DNA of 63,031 bases, the filler included, from Octopus bimaculoides (Eukaryota), in NCBI RefSeq assembly GCF_001194135.2. It is 3 parts of 3 records of this genome, joined end to end, with 100 filler letters (N's around TTAATTAATTAA, not from the genome) between each part and the next. Parts side by side here need not be neighbours in the genome. Positions count along the whole stretch, not along the records: positions 31,935 to 51,897 come from NC_068986.1; positions 51,998 to 63,031 come from NC_068985.1; 1 more part is not named here. One strand, 5' to 3'. The notes below the pieces were generated by a model, which ran no database searches, was not told where the DNA came from, and saw nothing but the letters and a program-made list of their open reading frames with translations. Each line of letters opens with the position of its first letter. The first letter of the stretch is position 1. The position numbers were made by a program, and so were the translations under genes. Positions 50,441 to 62,982 of this stretch are shown one piece after another.

Positions 50441-50648
50441 AAATCTCTGAACGAGGTATAAACAGTAGCTGCACGAAAACGTGAAGTATATTTGCCATTT
50501 AAATGTGCCTAACCACTAAGGGTGGATGCTACTGTAGCTTGTAGCCCCAGCAGGACACCTCCTCCAGCTGGCTATTGACACACTTTCTGTGCCCTATCAA
50601 TATTTGCAAAGGGAAGCCATCCTTCCCATCTACGACCTGACGTGATAC

Positions 50649-50691
50649 GCACGGACCCGAATTTCTAGGTATTTACCCGTCATCAGCGCAC
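50649..50691 (-). ncRNA. Minimal type-I hammerhead (left arm)
   Basis: GTGCG-CTGATGA-C-GGGT-AAAT-ACCT-A-GAA-ATTCGGGT-C-CGTGC. Confidence 0.65.
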
Positions 50692-50855
50692 GACGATCGC
50701 TGTTTACACTGTAAACATAGACTATTGTTTATACCTCGTTCAGCGATTTATTATTGCTTGTTTACACTTTTTCGAGATCAGTGACTCTTCATCACTGGAA
50801 AAAGAATATATGTATTTGCTTTGGGACCCCTTCCCATCGAAAACCGGTGATTGTG

Positions 50856-50898
50856 GTGCGCTGATGACGGATAAATACCTAGAAACCCGGGTCCGTGC
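50856..50898 (+). ncRNA. Minimal type-I hammerhead (right arm)
   Basis: GTGCG-CTGATGA-C-GGAT-AAAT-ACCT-A-GAA-ACCCGGGT(palindrome)-C-CGTGC; GUC cleavage triplet ending at 50893. Confidence 0.7.
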
Positions 50899-51080
50899 GT
50901 ATTACGTGAGGTCGAAGATGGGAAGGATGGCCTCCCTTTGCAAATACTGATAGGCCACAGAAAGTGTGTCAATAGCCAGCGGGAGGAGGTGTAGCTACAA
51001 GCTACTGTAGGATCCACCCTTAGCGGTTAGCCACATTTAAGTGGCAAATATGCTTCACGTATATATATATATATGTGTGT

Positions 51081-51115
<35 letters not shown>

Positions 51116-51131
51116 NNNNNNNNNNTGTATA

Positions 51132-51164
<33 letters not shown>

Positions 51165-51897
51165 GAGTGTGTGAGTGTATGTGCGTGTGTGCGTTTGTGT
51201 GTGTCTGTGCGTATGTATATATTTAGACATTATACGTATATACATTCATTCACATTCACATTATTGTCACCCTTTTGATGCAAATCGAACGAAAGGAGTG
51301 TATCCATTATTTTATATATACTGATAAAGCAGACGGCTATAACATGAAAGTTTGCAAAGCAGTTGTTAACAGAATGTGCATTTAATAATAAAAAATAATG
51401 ATGAATAAATGAAGAATATTAAATGGAAAAAATAAAAAGACAATGGGACGTAAGCTGTAATAATCCTTCCTAATGTAGTTACAAAAACTAACATATGCTG
51501 TAATAATAGGAAAAATTTCAGCATAAAACGTTGTTAGCAACTGAAGCAGACTTAAAACAAACTATTATTGGTTTTAAATAAGCAGGAAGAAACACATTAT
51601 TAATGATAATAGATACGTAATAAAAAAGCAATGAACAATTTTGAATGGCTTATATCACACACAAATAGCAACTGAAGTTGTAGCACGTCCGAATATAAAA
51701 TGCTTTACTATGTAGAAGTAAAATAAAAAAAGCAAGTTGCTGTTATGCATGCGCACAGACAATACTCCGGTCATTCCCTCCCCCCACCCCGGGCATGATC
51801 CAGCGTATGGGAGGTCACTGCACATGGGTTATCGGAATACCATAGTAAACATAAATGAATTTTAAAAATACACATGGTATATATATATATATATATA

Positions 51898-51997
51898 NNN
51901 NNNNNNNNNNNNNNNNNNNNNNNNNNNNNNNNNNNNNNNNNTTAATTAATTAANNNNNNNNNNNNNNNNNNNNNNNNNNNNNNNNNNNNNNNNNNNN
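51898..51997. other. Artificial scaffold spacer N44-TTAATTAATTAA-N44
   Basis: Same layout as 31835-31934. Confidence 0.95.
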
Positions 51998-52030
<33 letters not shown>

Positions 52031-52699
52031 GTATCTATTTATACATACATAAGTACATATACGGCATATATGTACATACGGCGGATTTCCACACTGTTTT
52101 CGTCTACGAAGTTCACTCAGAAGGCATTGAACGGCTCGGGGCTATGACAGAAGATATTTGCCCAAGGTGACGTGCAGTGGACCTCAGTTGAAGCCACATG
52201 GTTGAAGAGCAAGCTTCTCAACAACACAACCATATGCAAAATTTTCGAAATACGACGTTTGATAAGGTATTTAGAAGAGAATTATAAAGGTAACAGAATA
52301 AGAAAATATGAAGACAAACCAGTTGCTTACGGAAATAATAGAGAATGAGACTTGACATAGAGAAGATACGAAATTGTCATAACAGACAATTTTATTTTAA
52401 AGAGAGAATGGAATTTATAACTGAAAATTCTTTAAGACTTGCAAAAAATACTGAAAACTAAACAACAATCAAAGTTTAGTTGTCATACCCACACAAAAAT
52501 ATATAATTAATATTTATTAGAAAAAATAATTCTTGAAAAATTATATTAAAATGCTGTTCAAGGGAGCCTACTTGTATATAATATTTACTTTGGAATATTA
52601 CAATTAATATTAGATTAAAAAGATTTCCGTTACTTACACTACCGGAAGAAGAGAATTACATTAGTAGGAAATATAAAACATTTAAACAAACATTTATTA

Positions 52700-53040
52700 T
52701 ATTATCTGCAGGAAATCACAAATTTGGATTTCTTCATTAGAAAATATCGAATTTCTCAGTGAGACAAAGATACAAGGAACATTTCCAGGTGTGTAATTTG
52801 ATGCGTGTTCTGTAATGATACGTTGTATCCTGGGTGCTATGTTGTTTGTGTCTAAAACACCGAATACTTATTTGCACACTGTACGATTGTAACGATATTG
52901 TAGACGGATTATACGATGGAATGTCTGTTATGATTATAAACGAATCAGAATTAGTTTTCTCGAAACTCTGTGTATATTTTTATTGCTCGTTGATAAAGTG
53001 TTTATTAATGAACTTCAGATTGTCAGCGAAAAACTCGGAG
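52700..53040 (-). mobile_element. Penelope-like GIY-YIG C-terminal fragment
   Basis: FRHKQHST...HASNYTPG..LCLTEKFDIF matches the SFRH...AxxYxP..CxLCLTEKxxI tail of PLE endonucleases. Confidence 0.6.
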
Positions 53041-53254
53041 TTATAGATTGTGAAACTTACGTGCACCTCACGCGCATGCTCAAATGTACATCCTTTTCTT
53101 TATCTGCCTCCTCTTTCCCCATCTTTTTTCACATTTTCTCTCCCATCTCTTTGTATACATACACACACACACTGACACGCACGCACACACATACGCACGT
53201 GGACAGGGGTAGTAGTGTACTAAGATGTTTTTGTCCCCCCCCCCCGCTATATGG

Positions 53255-53403
53255 TTCCAAATTCTGTCTCACTCCGTGGCAACTTGGACTAGTGTCTTCT
53301 ACTTAGTCCCAGGCCGACCAAAGCCTTGTTAGTGGATGGATTGGGTAGACGGAAACTGAAAGAAGCCCGTTGCATGTATGTATGTGTATATATATATATA
53401 TAT
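53255..53403 (+). mobile_element. SINE family B head/core running into (TA)n and a gap
   Basis: GGCCGACCAAAGCCTTG..AGTGGAT..GGTAGACGGAAACTGAAAGAAGCCCGT. Confidence 0.85.
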
Positions 53404-54074
53404 NNNNNNNNNNNNNNNNNNNNNNNNNNNNNNNNNNNNNNNNNNNNNNNNNNNNNNNNNNNNNNNNNNNNNNNNNNNNNNNNNNNNNNNNNNNNNNNNN
53501 NNNNNNNNNNNNNNNNNNNNNNNNNNNNNNNNNNNNNNNNNNNNNNNNNNNNNNNNNNNNNNNNNNNNNNNNNNNNNNNNNNNNNNNNNNNNNNNNNNNN
53601 NNNNNNNNNNNNNNNNNNNNNNNNNNNNNNNNNNNNNNNNNNNNNNNNNNNNNNNNNNNNNNNNNNNNNNNNNNNNNNNNNNNNNNNNNNNNNNNNNNNN
53701 NNNNNNNNNNNNNNNNNNNNNNNNNNNNNNNNNNNNNNNNNNNNNNNNNNNNNNNNNNNNNNNNNNNNNNNNNNNNNNNNNNNNNNNNNNNNNNNNNNNN
53801 NNNNNNNNNNNNNNNNNNNNNNNNNNNNNNNNNNNNNNNNNNNNNNNNNNNNNNNNNNNNNNNNNNNNNNNNNNNNNNNNNNNNNNNNNNNNNNNNNNNN
53901 NNNNNGGTGTTAAAACGTGGGTGGCTGATGAAGGAGAATGTTCTCTATGTGGCTCGTGTGTTCTCGTCTACGTTTGTTTGCAATGTCCTGTACCCAGATA
54001 TGCACCTATACATACAGGTGGATGTCGGTATGCACATACCTGTACGTATATATGCATATACTCATTTACTATTT

Positions 54075-54114
<40 letters not shown>

Positions 54115-54479
54115 GTGTGCGTGTGTTGTGTATGTGTGTGTGTTTGTGTGTGTGTAGTTTTATATATAACCTCGCGCTCCGCATCTTGCATTTCAGCTTC
54201 CGACTCCCAAGTTGAAACAGAGAATGTTTACTAAACTATATGTTTGTATATACGCACGTGTTAGTGTATTTGTATATGGAAGATATACAAATCTACCAGA
54301 AAACTAATAAAAACGGGTTATTGAGCAAAAGTTCTATGCAACGTTTATTCCGTCCAAATTACATTCTAATTTTTCGATGTTGTCATCTTAAATCTAATGA
54401 ATCCGTGTTTAAACCTGTTGGAAACTTGCGACCAAATACATCGTAGTTTATGTTAATTCATAAAGACATTTTAATTAAG

Positions 54480-55440
54480 CCTTCATCGCGAGGATTTCTC
54501 AGTAAGACAGAGATTGGAATTTCCTTTATATGCTTAGATTATGGTAAGATTTAATGAATTTTGGCGATATTTATGATTTTGAAAGAATATATTTAGTTAT
54601 ACATATCGATCCTCTCATTTATTTGTGTCCGTAATTATGGAACATATACGCCTTGCTATATTAAATGCAATGTTCATTTTAGTGTATGATGGGTGGTGAG
54701 GTCCAAAATCTAAATATTGGTATCTATCTGTATCGCTGCAGCAGAGATCGGATGTAACTTTTTAAAAATTATTAGGATGTCCACAAAAGGAGAATCGTTT
54801 TCATTCATTTCCATAATGAACTGGATCGATTCACGATTGTTATTTATTAATTTAAGGAATCTTGCAAGGTCCTCATTTCGTCTGTTCCGAAATATGAAGC
54901 AATCATCCAGGAATCTTTTCCAGTTTCCTATAAAGTAGGTTTGGAAATATTTCTCTTTCAGGAATCTCATTTTCAGTATCACAAACGTTGGTGCGAATTT
55001 TGTTCTCATTGCTGTCTCTTCATTGTCACCCCTTATATTTGTAGATAATACTGGTTATCAAAGAAGTAGTTTTTTTTTTTCTGGTGCAATTCGTAATCCT
55101 TCTAGAGTAAATTCTTTTGGGAATCTCTCCGGTGTTCTATGTGGTTATTTGCCTATCTAGAATTCTACTGCTTCAAATTCTAATCCATGGGGAATATTTG
55201 TGTAGAGGCTGGTTACTTTGAAACTAACCAGGATCACCGTTTTATCTACTCTTTCTGGAACATGCTTTACGAAGTGCATGTCATCTCTGATTTGCTCAAT
55301 GGGACAAATTTGCTCAATGGTTTCAATATTATGTCAGGTAAATTGCATAATCCTTGGGTGTTTGATGTTGTCCCTGAGACCATTGGACGTAATTTGAAAT
55401 CTGAGGATCTGGGACATTTTACACATGGTGTATAAAGGTC
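54480..55440 (-). pseudogene. Penelope-like reverse transcriptase pseudogene
   Basis: LRPMVSG; ILKPL; VSFKVTSLYTNIP; TKFAPT; WKRFLDDCFIF; IQFIME..PFVDILI; QYLDFGPHHP.YTK.NIAFNIARRIC; then jumps to NLCLTEK. Confidence 0.85.
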
Positions 55441-55667
55441 TTTAAGCTATTATGAATTTCTTTAGAGTCATAAAGTTTCGGCAGAAAAAAAAAGCTGGTT
55501 GCTTTTACCTCAAAATTAGTCAGGTAATTCAACTCATTTTTCCATTAATTTATTAATTTTTCCATTAATTTATTAATTTTTCCATTAATTTACAAATTTT
55601 CTTCAATTTGTTTATCTGCATTGCTTTCTGTTTCATTTCTTTTTGTGGAAATGTTGGTCGTTTAGTT

Positions 55668-55703
<36 letters not shown>

Positions 55704-56829
55704 NNNNNNNNNNNNNNNNNNNNNNNNNNNNNNNNNNNNNNNNNNNNNNNNNNNNNNNNNNNNNNNNNNNNNNNNNNNNNNNNNNNNNNNNNNNNNNNNN
55801 NNNNNNNNNNNNNNNNNNNNNNNNNNNNNNNNNNNNNNNNNNNNNNNNNNNNNNNNNNNNNNNNNNNNNNNNNNNNNNNNNNNNNNNNNNNNNNNNNNNN
55901 NNNNNNNNNNNNNNNNNNNNNNNNNNNNNNNNNNNNNNNNNNNNNNNNNNNNNNNNNNNNNNNNNNNNNNNNNNNNNNNNNNNNNNNNNNNNNNNNNNNN
56001 NNNNNNNNNNNNNNNNNNNNNNNNNNNNNNNNNNNNNNNNNNNNNNNNNNNNNNNNNNNNNNNNNNNNNNNNNNNNNNNNNNNNNNNNNNNNNNNNNNNN
56101 NNNNNNNNNNNNNNNNNNNNNNNNNNNNNNNNNNNNNNNNNNNNNNNNNNNNNNNNNNNNNNNNNNNNNNNNNNNNNNNNNNNNNNNNNNNNNNNNNNNN
56201 NNNNNNNNNNNNNNNNNNNNNNNNNNNNNNNNNNNNNNNNNNNNNNNNNNNNNNNNNNNNNNNNNNNNNNNNNNNNNNNNNNNNNNNNNNNNNNNNNNNN
56301 NNNNNNNNNNNNNNNNNNNNNNNNNNNNNNNNNNNNNNNNNNNNNNNNNNNNNNNNNNNNNNNNNNNNNNNNNNNNNNNNNNNNNNNNNNNNNNNNNNNN
56401 NNNNNNNNNNNNNNNNNNNNNNNNNNNNNNNNNNNNNNNNNNNNNNNNNNNNNNNNNNNNNNNNNNNNNNNNNNNNNNNNNNNNNNNNNNNNNNNNNNNN
56501 NNNNNNNNNNNNNNNNNNNNNNNNNNNNNNNNNNNNNNNNNNNNNNNNNNNNNNNNNNNNNNNNNNNNNNNNNNNNNNNNNNNNNNNNNNNNNNNNNNNN
56601 NNNNNNNNNNNNNNNNNNNNNNNNNNNNNNNNNNNNNNNNNNNNNNNNNNNGTCTCTCCCCCTCTCTCCCCCTCTATCTCCCTCTCTTTCCCTCTTCTCC
56701 ACCTCTCTCCACCTTTTTCTACCTCTTTCCCCTCTCTCCACCTCTCTCTCACCTTCCCCACTCTCCTTCCCTTTCACCCTCCCTCTCACCTCTATCTCTC
56801 AGTCCCTTTTTCTCTCTCTAACACACAAC

Positions 56830-57424
56830 CCGTTTCATCACTATCACTTCAACTATCTCCTCTACTACAACTGCCACCACCACCTTTACCACCACCTCTC
56901 TCTTTGTCTCCCTCCTGTCTCTTACAATCTACCACCCCTCCATGAACACAGCATAACTACCACTATTGTTACCTCCACTACTACCTCCGCTTCCAACACC
57001 ACTACCACCAACACCATTACCTCCACCACTGTCATCATACATTACAATTAGCAGCACCACGACCACTGCCACCGCTACCACCATCACTACCACTACAATC
57101 GCAATCACGACTACGACGACGACAACCACCACCACCACCACCACCACTACTACTACTACTAACACCACCATCACCACCACCACCACTACCAACAACAACA
57201 TTACCACCACCTCCCACCATCAGCAGCAGCAGTACCACCAACAACAGCATTGCCAACAGCATGCCACCACCAACATACCCACCACCACCACCACCACGAC
57301 CTCCACCTCTACCTCCACCACACCACCATCACCAATAAGAACAACAATAACACCATTATCACCACCACCACCACAACCATCACCACTACAACCATCACCA
57401 CCGCCGCCACCACCGCCGCCACCA
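56830..57424. repeat. Patchwork trinucleotide tract (CAC/TAC/CAA)
   Basis: Direct reading; the Thr/Pro-rich ORF is the repeat translation running into a gap. Confidence 0.85.
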
Positions 57425-58250
57425 NNNNNNNNNNNNNNNNNNNNNNNNNNNNNNNNNNNNNNNNNNNNNNNNNNNNNNNNNNNNNNNNNNNNNNNNNNNN
57501 NNNNNNNNNNNNNNNNNNNNNNNNNNNNNNNNNNNNNNNNNNNNNNNNNNNNNNNNNNNNNNNNNNNNNNNNNNNNNNNNNNNNNNNNNNNNNNNNNNNN
57601 NNNNNNNNNNNNNNNNNNNNNNNNNNNNNNNNNNNNNNNNNNNNNNNNNNNNNNNNNNNNNNNNNNNNNNNNNNNNNNNNNNNNNNNNNNNNNNNNNNNN
57701 NNNNNNNNNNNNNNNNNNNNNNNNNNNNNNNNNNNNNNNNNNNNNNNNNNNNNNNNNNNNNNNNNNNNNNNNNNNNNNNNNNNNNNNNNNNNNNNNNNNN
57801 NNNNNNNNNNNNNNNNNNNNNNNNNNNNNNNNNNNNNNNNNNNNNNNNNNNNNNNNNNNNNNNNNNNNNNNNNNNNNNNNNNNNNNNNNNNNNNNNNNNN
57901 NNNNNNNNNNNNNNNNNNNNNNNNNNNNNNNNNNNNNNNNNNNNNNNNNNNNNNNNNNNNNNNNNNNNNNNNNNNNNNNNNNNNNNNNNNNNNNNNNNNN
58001 NNNNNNNNNNNNNNNNNNNNNNNNNNNNNNNNNNNNNNNNNNNNNNNNNNNNNNNNNNNNNNNNNNNNNNNNNNNNNNNNNNNNNNNNNNNNNNNNNNNN
58101 NNNNNNNNNNNNNNNNNNNNNNNNNNNNNNNNNNNNNNNNNNNNNNNNNNNNNNNNNNNNNNNNNNNNNNNNNNNNNNACACACACATATATACACATAC
58201 ACGCATACACAAAGAGCCATATATATGTACAGGTAGATAAACAGACAGAC

Positions 58251-58324
<74 letters not shown>

Positions 58325-58759
58325 GCTGGTTCACCAACAATATTCCAACAGTACTCGTTCAAGACTCGTGCCTGGTTATTTCTTTTGCAGGACTAGCAAG
58401 GTCAAGAACTAATAATTTACCTTAAAATCCTAGAAGACTGCCGCCATGTTATTAGTAATTTTTCGTTATCGAGTCTTCGCATCTCACATTTGTTTATTCA
58501 GTAGAAAGATATTATGAAGAAAGAAATACGCTCCCCACCACCACCACCACCACCACCACCACCTTTCAATCATAATAACTATGAAAGCATAAATATTTAG
58601 AACTTAAACTAACGCCATGCATTAATCTGCTAACCTATGGCGAACCGACCCACCTGGACCCACTCTTGAGACGTAATCATGAACGGGATATATTTACCTT
58701 TTCCTTCTTCATCCCGGGACACTGTACTCTCCTCGGTAAAGGTAAATTATCTAACAATA

Positions 58760-59170
58760 CGCTCTTCATAGAAAATGTTTTGAGAGAAGGTCCTTAGGAC
58801 GATAAGGTATAAAGGGTGTTAGATTTAGATTGAAACGTTTTGCGGTTTTCATATTTATTATAGTTTTCATATTAATTCGAGTTGTGAGGAAGGGTTAGAG
58901 TTTCCGCCTTCATAATAGGTATCTGCAGAATAAACAAAGGTGTGTCTTGAAGGTTTAGTTGCGAAAAATGTTATAAATAACTTGGCGGCAGTTTCCGAGG
59001 AATTTACCAAATTCAGTATTACACCCCTGACCTATTAACTAAGAATTTCCTGCACCTCTTAAGCATTGTGGATTGATAAAAAACTTTAAAGAAGCAACTA
59101 CAAGCACATGCCTTGTACAGATATGCTAACACTCTTAACAGTGTATTGTATAATCAGATAGGTCTGGAAG
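58760..59170 (+). mobile_element. Highly degraded CR1/L2-group LINE 3' fragment
   Basis: PDL...PAPLKHCG..KNFKKQL...YANTLNSVL resembles the GPxLFNxLP...FKxxLD...NSL tail. Confidence 0.35.
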
Positions 59171-60113
59171 AGAGGGGCGGCTAGGATTATTGGCTGACAG
59201 TTATATTATAAAAGTCAAATGCTGCCAAAGAAGCATCCAAGTTATTTAAGTTGAAGGAACTGGAGATATTAGTTTGGTGCATCAAGATACCTTATTCTTG
59301 ACTCCAGGGCCGGTAAGATTATGACTCACAGAGGACCCAAGCGCTTAAAATATTTTGGTGACCCCCGTATATATGTAATTCAAAATATAGAATAAAACGT
59401 GAAAGAAATTTGTAATTTTCAAAATGCAACACGGAAAATATTTGTTGTTGTATACTTCCACTTTATCTATATTTGAAAAAATTATCTCCTAATACTTATT
59501 TAACTGAGAAAAGATTCTTTGCTGTTCATCCTTTTTGAGGTCAATAATAAAGTACCAGGCCAGGAATAGGACAAATTCTTCTTTCTCTCTTTCTTTTTCT
59601 ATTTATTTCTTGCTTTATGAAAGAAATTTTCCCGTGGTCAACGACAGAGGGATGGGTTCTCCATGGTTAGATGCCCATGTGTAACGAAGCTGCTCCTATG
59701 ATTATATCTGAAGTTGTAGGTCCCTAAAGAAAGACAAGGCATAATTCAATTCCACCATTAAAGTAATATCTTACTTAGAAGCCTCAACTGGCAGAGTTTA
59801 TGGCTTAATTAATAAACGCCATCAGTGTGTGTCTTACTTGATAGCACCAAGTAAGATTATGTGTCATTGACTAACACCATCTGGCACAAATTACATCATT
59901 TTTAATAGAACCACATTATTAAGATAAGTACAGCACAATGCAGAAAGCAGTTAGTCGTGAGCGCAATGGGTTAGTGACATGTACCCAACTTCCGCTAATT
60001 GTTTTTGATATCTACGCAGTCGCAAGCAGGCATTGACACTATCTCGGTCTCCTATTCACTCTCTCAGCGGAACACCCACTATGTGACAGTTGAGGGGAAG
60101 GAGACAGGGGGAA

Positions 60114-60183
<70 letters not shown>

Positions 60184-60229
60184 GGGGAAAGAAGGGAGAT
60201 AGATACATAGTCAAACAGGCAGAGTTGTA

Positions 60230-60360
60230 TTAGTACTCGATTGATACTCATTTACGGCTGAGTAAACCGGAGCAAAGTGAAACGAATTGGTTTGCTCAAA
60301 CACAAAATGCTTCCCGGACTGGAACTGAACTCACGACTTTACCATGGTGTGCCTAAACAA
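60230..60360 (-). mobile_element. SINE head (V-like family), truncated
   Basis: Reverse complement has GAGTTCAGTTCCAGTCCGGG...TTGAGCAAA...CACTTTGCTCCGGTTTACTCAGC.GTAAATGAGTA. Confidence 0.55.
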
Positions 60361-60404
60361 TGAGCCACACTTCTTTACAACATTATTAATTTAATACTTT
60401 AATG

Positions 60405-60620
60405 CGGCGAACTGACAGAAACGTTAGCACGCCGGGCGAAATGCATAGCGGTATTTTGTCTGTCTTTACGTTCTGAGTTCAAATTCCGCCGAAGTCGACT
60501 TTGCCTTTCATTCTTTCGGGGTCCATAAATTAAGTACCAGTGAAACACTAGGGTCGATGTAATCGACTAGTCCTCTCCCCGTCAATTTCAGGCCTTGTGC
60601 CTATAATAGAAAGGATTATT
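60405..60620 (+). mobile_element. SINE family A, full length
   Basis: GCGGCGAACTGACAGAAACGTTAGCACGCCGGGCGAAATGC...GAGTTCAAATTCCGCCGAAGTCGAC...GGGTCGATGTAATCGACT. Confidence 0.9.
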
Positions 60621-61380
60621 TATAANNNNNNNNNNNNNNNNNNNNNNNNNNNNNNNNNNNNNNNNNNNNNNNNNNNNNNNNNNNNNNNNNNNNNNNNNNN
60701 NNNNNNNNNNNNNNNNNNNNNNNNNNNNNNNNNNNNNNNNNNNNNNNNNNNNNNNNNNNNNNNNNNNNNNNNNNNNNNNNNNNNNNNNNNNNNNNNNNNN
60801 NNNNNNNNNNNNNNNNNNNNNNNNNNNNNNNNNNNNNNNNNNNNNNNNNNNNNNNNNNNNNNNNNNNNNNNNNNNNNNNNNNNNNNNNNNNNNNNNNNNN
60901 NNNNNNNNNNNNNNNNNNNNNNNNNNNNNNNNNNNNNNNNNNNNNNNNNNNNNNNNNNNNNNNNNNNNNNNNNNNNNNNNNNNNNNNNNNNNNNNNNNNN
61001 NNNNNNNNNNNNNNNNNNNNNNNNNNNNNNNNNNNNNNNNNNNNNNNNNNNNNNNNNNNNNNNNNNNNNNNNNNNNNNNNNNNNNNNNNNNNNNNNNNNN
61101 NNNNNNNNNNNNNNNNNNNNNNNNNNNNNNNNNNNNNNNNNNNNNNNNNNNNNNNNNNNNNNNNNNNNNNNNNNNNNNNNNNNNNNNNNNNNNNNNNNNN
61201 NNNNNNNNNNNNNNNNNNNNNNNNNNNNNNNNNNNNNNNNNNNNNNNNNNNNNNNNNNNNNNNNNNNNNNNNNNNNNNNNNNNNNNNNNNNNNNNNNNNN
61301 NNNNNNNNNNNNNNNNNNNNNNNNNNNNNNNNNNNNNNNNNNNNNNNNNNNNNNNNNNNNNNNNNNNNNNNNNNNNNNNN

Positions 61381-61412
<32 letters not shown>

Positions 61413-62060
61413 GTGTCTGTGTATTTGCGTACTTGTGGGTGGTGGATAGACCGATTTGCATATAATGTTTAGGACAGAGGACCACTGGAAAGTATGACTG
61501 CTTCACTGTATAGTATAGCTAGCTTACTCACAGGCTGGCTTTACCTTCTGATTTAGTCAGAAAGCAAATATTGCTCATAATAGGTTTCATGTTGTACTTC
61601 AAACAAACTATGCACGTAATAGGCTTCAAACTGTAAATGTTAATATGTTTTATTTAAAATAAAAACATAACATAGCAACGTCTTCAAAGCCAACTCTAAT
61701 ATACGCACAGTTTATTTATGATAAAAGGTAATCCATAAACGGTGTTTAACGCGAAACCTAGTCGGACAACTGTTTGTTTAAAGTAAAGCACCCTCTGTAA
61801 TATTTTGTTTAAAATGAAATTAGATATGTGTGTTCTTTTTCTCTCTTTTCTTTGAAGTCAAACACTAAGAGTTGTACTGAACGCCGGTTAATCTATATTT
61901 CGCTCCACTTTAAACATAATACTAACTTTTCCTTTTGGCTTCACAGAAAGATTTTGTTTTTTCAAACATTCTTTCAGAGGAAAAGTATCTCCACAGCAGC
62001 AGCACCGCCACCACCACTGCCAGCAACATCTCTTTCTGTGTTCTCCTCCCCCTCTCTCTG

Positions 62061-62120
<60 letters not shown>

Positions 62121-62982
62121 CCTATCTTTCTCTCTTGCTTTCGATTTATATAGCCTAAGATACCAGTTGCCATGGTGTCAACAAAACATTTTCTGCATCT
62201 TCTCAGCTGCTTCAAAAGATGATGTAAAGAAGAAAAGATAAGATAAGATAATGCAAGGAAAAGAAAGACAAAATAAACCCTTTTTATTACAGAATCATTG
62301 CGACGTTGGAAAATGAGAGTGTGGCTGTACTTAGGGCGAAATAAAGCATTTACCTGCTTACCTGGTTTTTCTGACAGTAACGCAAATACGCACCTTTGTT
62401 TAACTCAGGAGTTAGGCCTTTACGAGAGATGGGCGCTTTGCATCCAGTCGTACTGGAGCGTATTATTGTCCAATATTGTAACTTGTAAAGCGGCGAGCTG
62501 GCAGAATCGTTAGCACGCCAGGCTATTACAGGGATGTAAACACACCAGCATCGGTTGTCAGAGGATGGGGTGGGGACAGACACAAATACATACAACCTGT
62601 CTATTGTTTTTTACGCATCAACATTATTCGTATTTTTGCATGGGTATGTCTGCATTATCATTATCTGTATTAATTTACGACTAACTATATTTTTTTATAA
62701 CAATATTTTTATAACTGTGTAAATATTTTAAACTCTAATGGTACACTGTATTCTTCCTGTTTTTATGTTTTCATAAATTTCTTTGTACATCCTTCCCTGA
62801 AGATATTTTTACTTGTAGTAATTAATTAAATTAATTTAGTTAAATTAAACTAAATTTTGCTAATTTTTAAGCTGCAAGTGAGGAATTGAAACAATTGTAT
62901 GTCTGGTCTTGTCAATGTTAATAAACTTATATTAATCTTATCTCCATCTTCCCTCTTGTTTTGTATAATATCTATCTATCTA

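Larger units (their letters stand above)
50437..51060. mobile_element. PLE-type non-autonomous element with ~220-bp inverted arms
   Basis: 50480-50700 is the reverse complement of 50840-51060; 50437-50470 is the reverse complement of 50721-50755; an HHR lies in each arm. Confidence 0.8.

Noticed and set aside
56966-57424. Mucin-like Thr/Pro-rich ORF
   Set aside because: Trinucleotide patchwork of the same type as 580-1500; no unique coding sequence or splice support.
59305-59520. CAGGGCCGG hAT-like terminus
   Set aside because: No matching opposite TIR or TSD found.
2604-61380. Long ORFs consisting mostly of X
   Set aside because: They are open only because they cross N-gaps.
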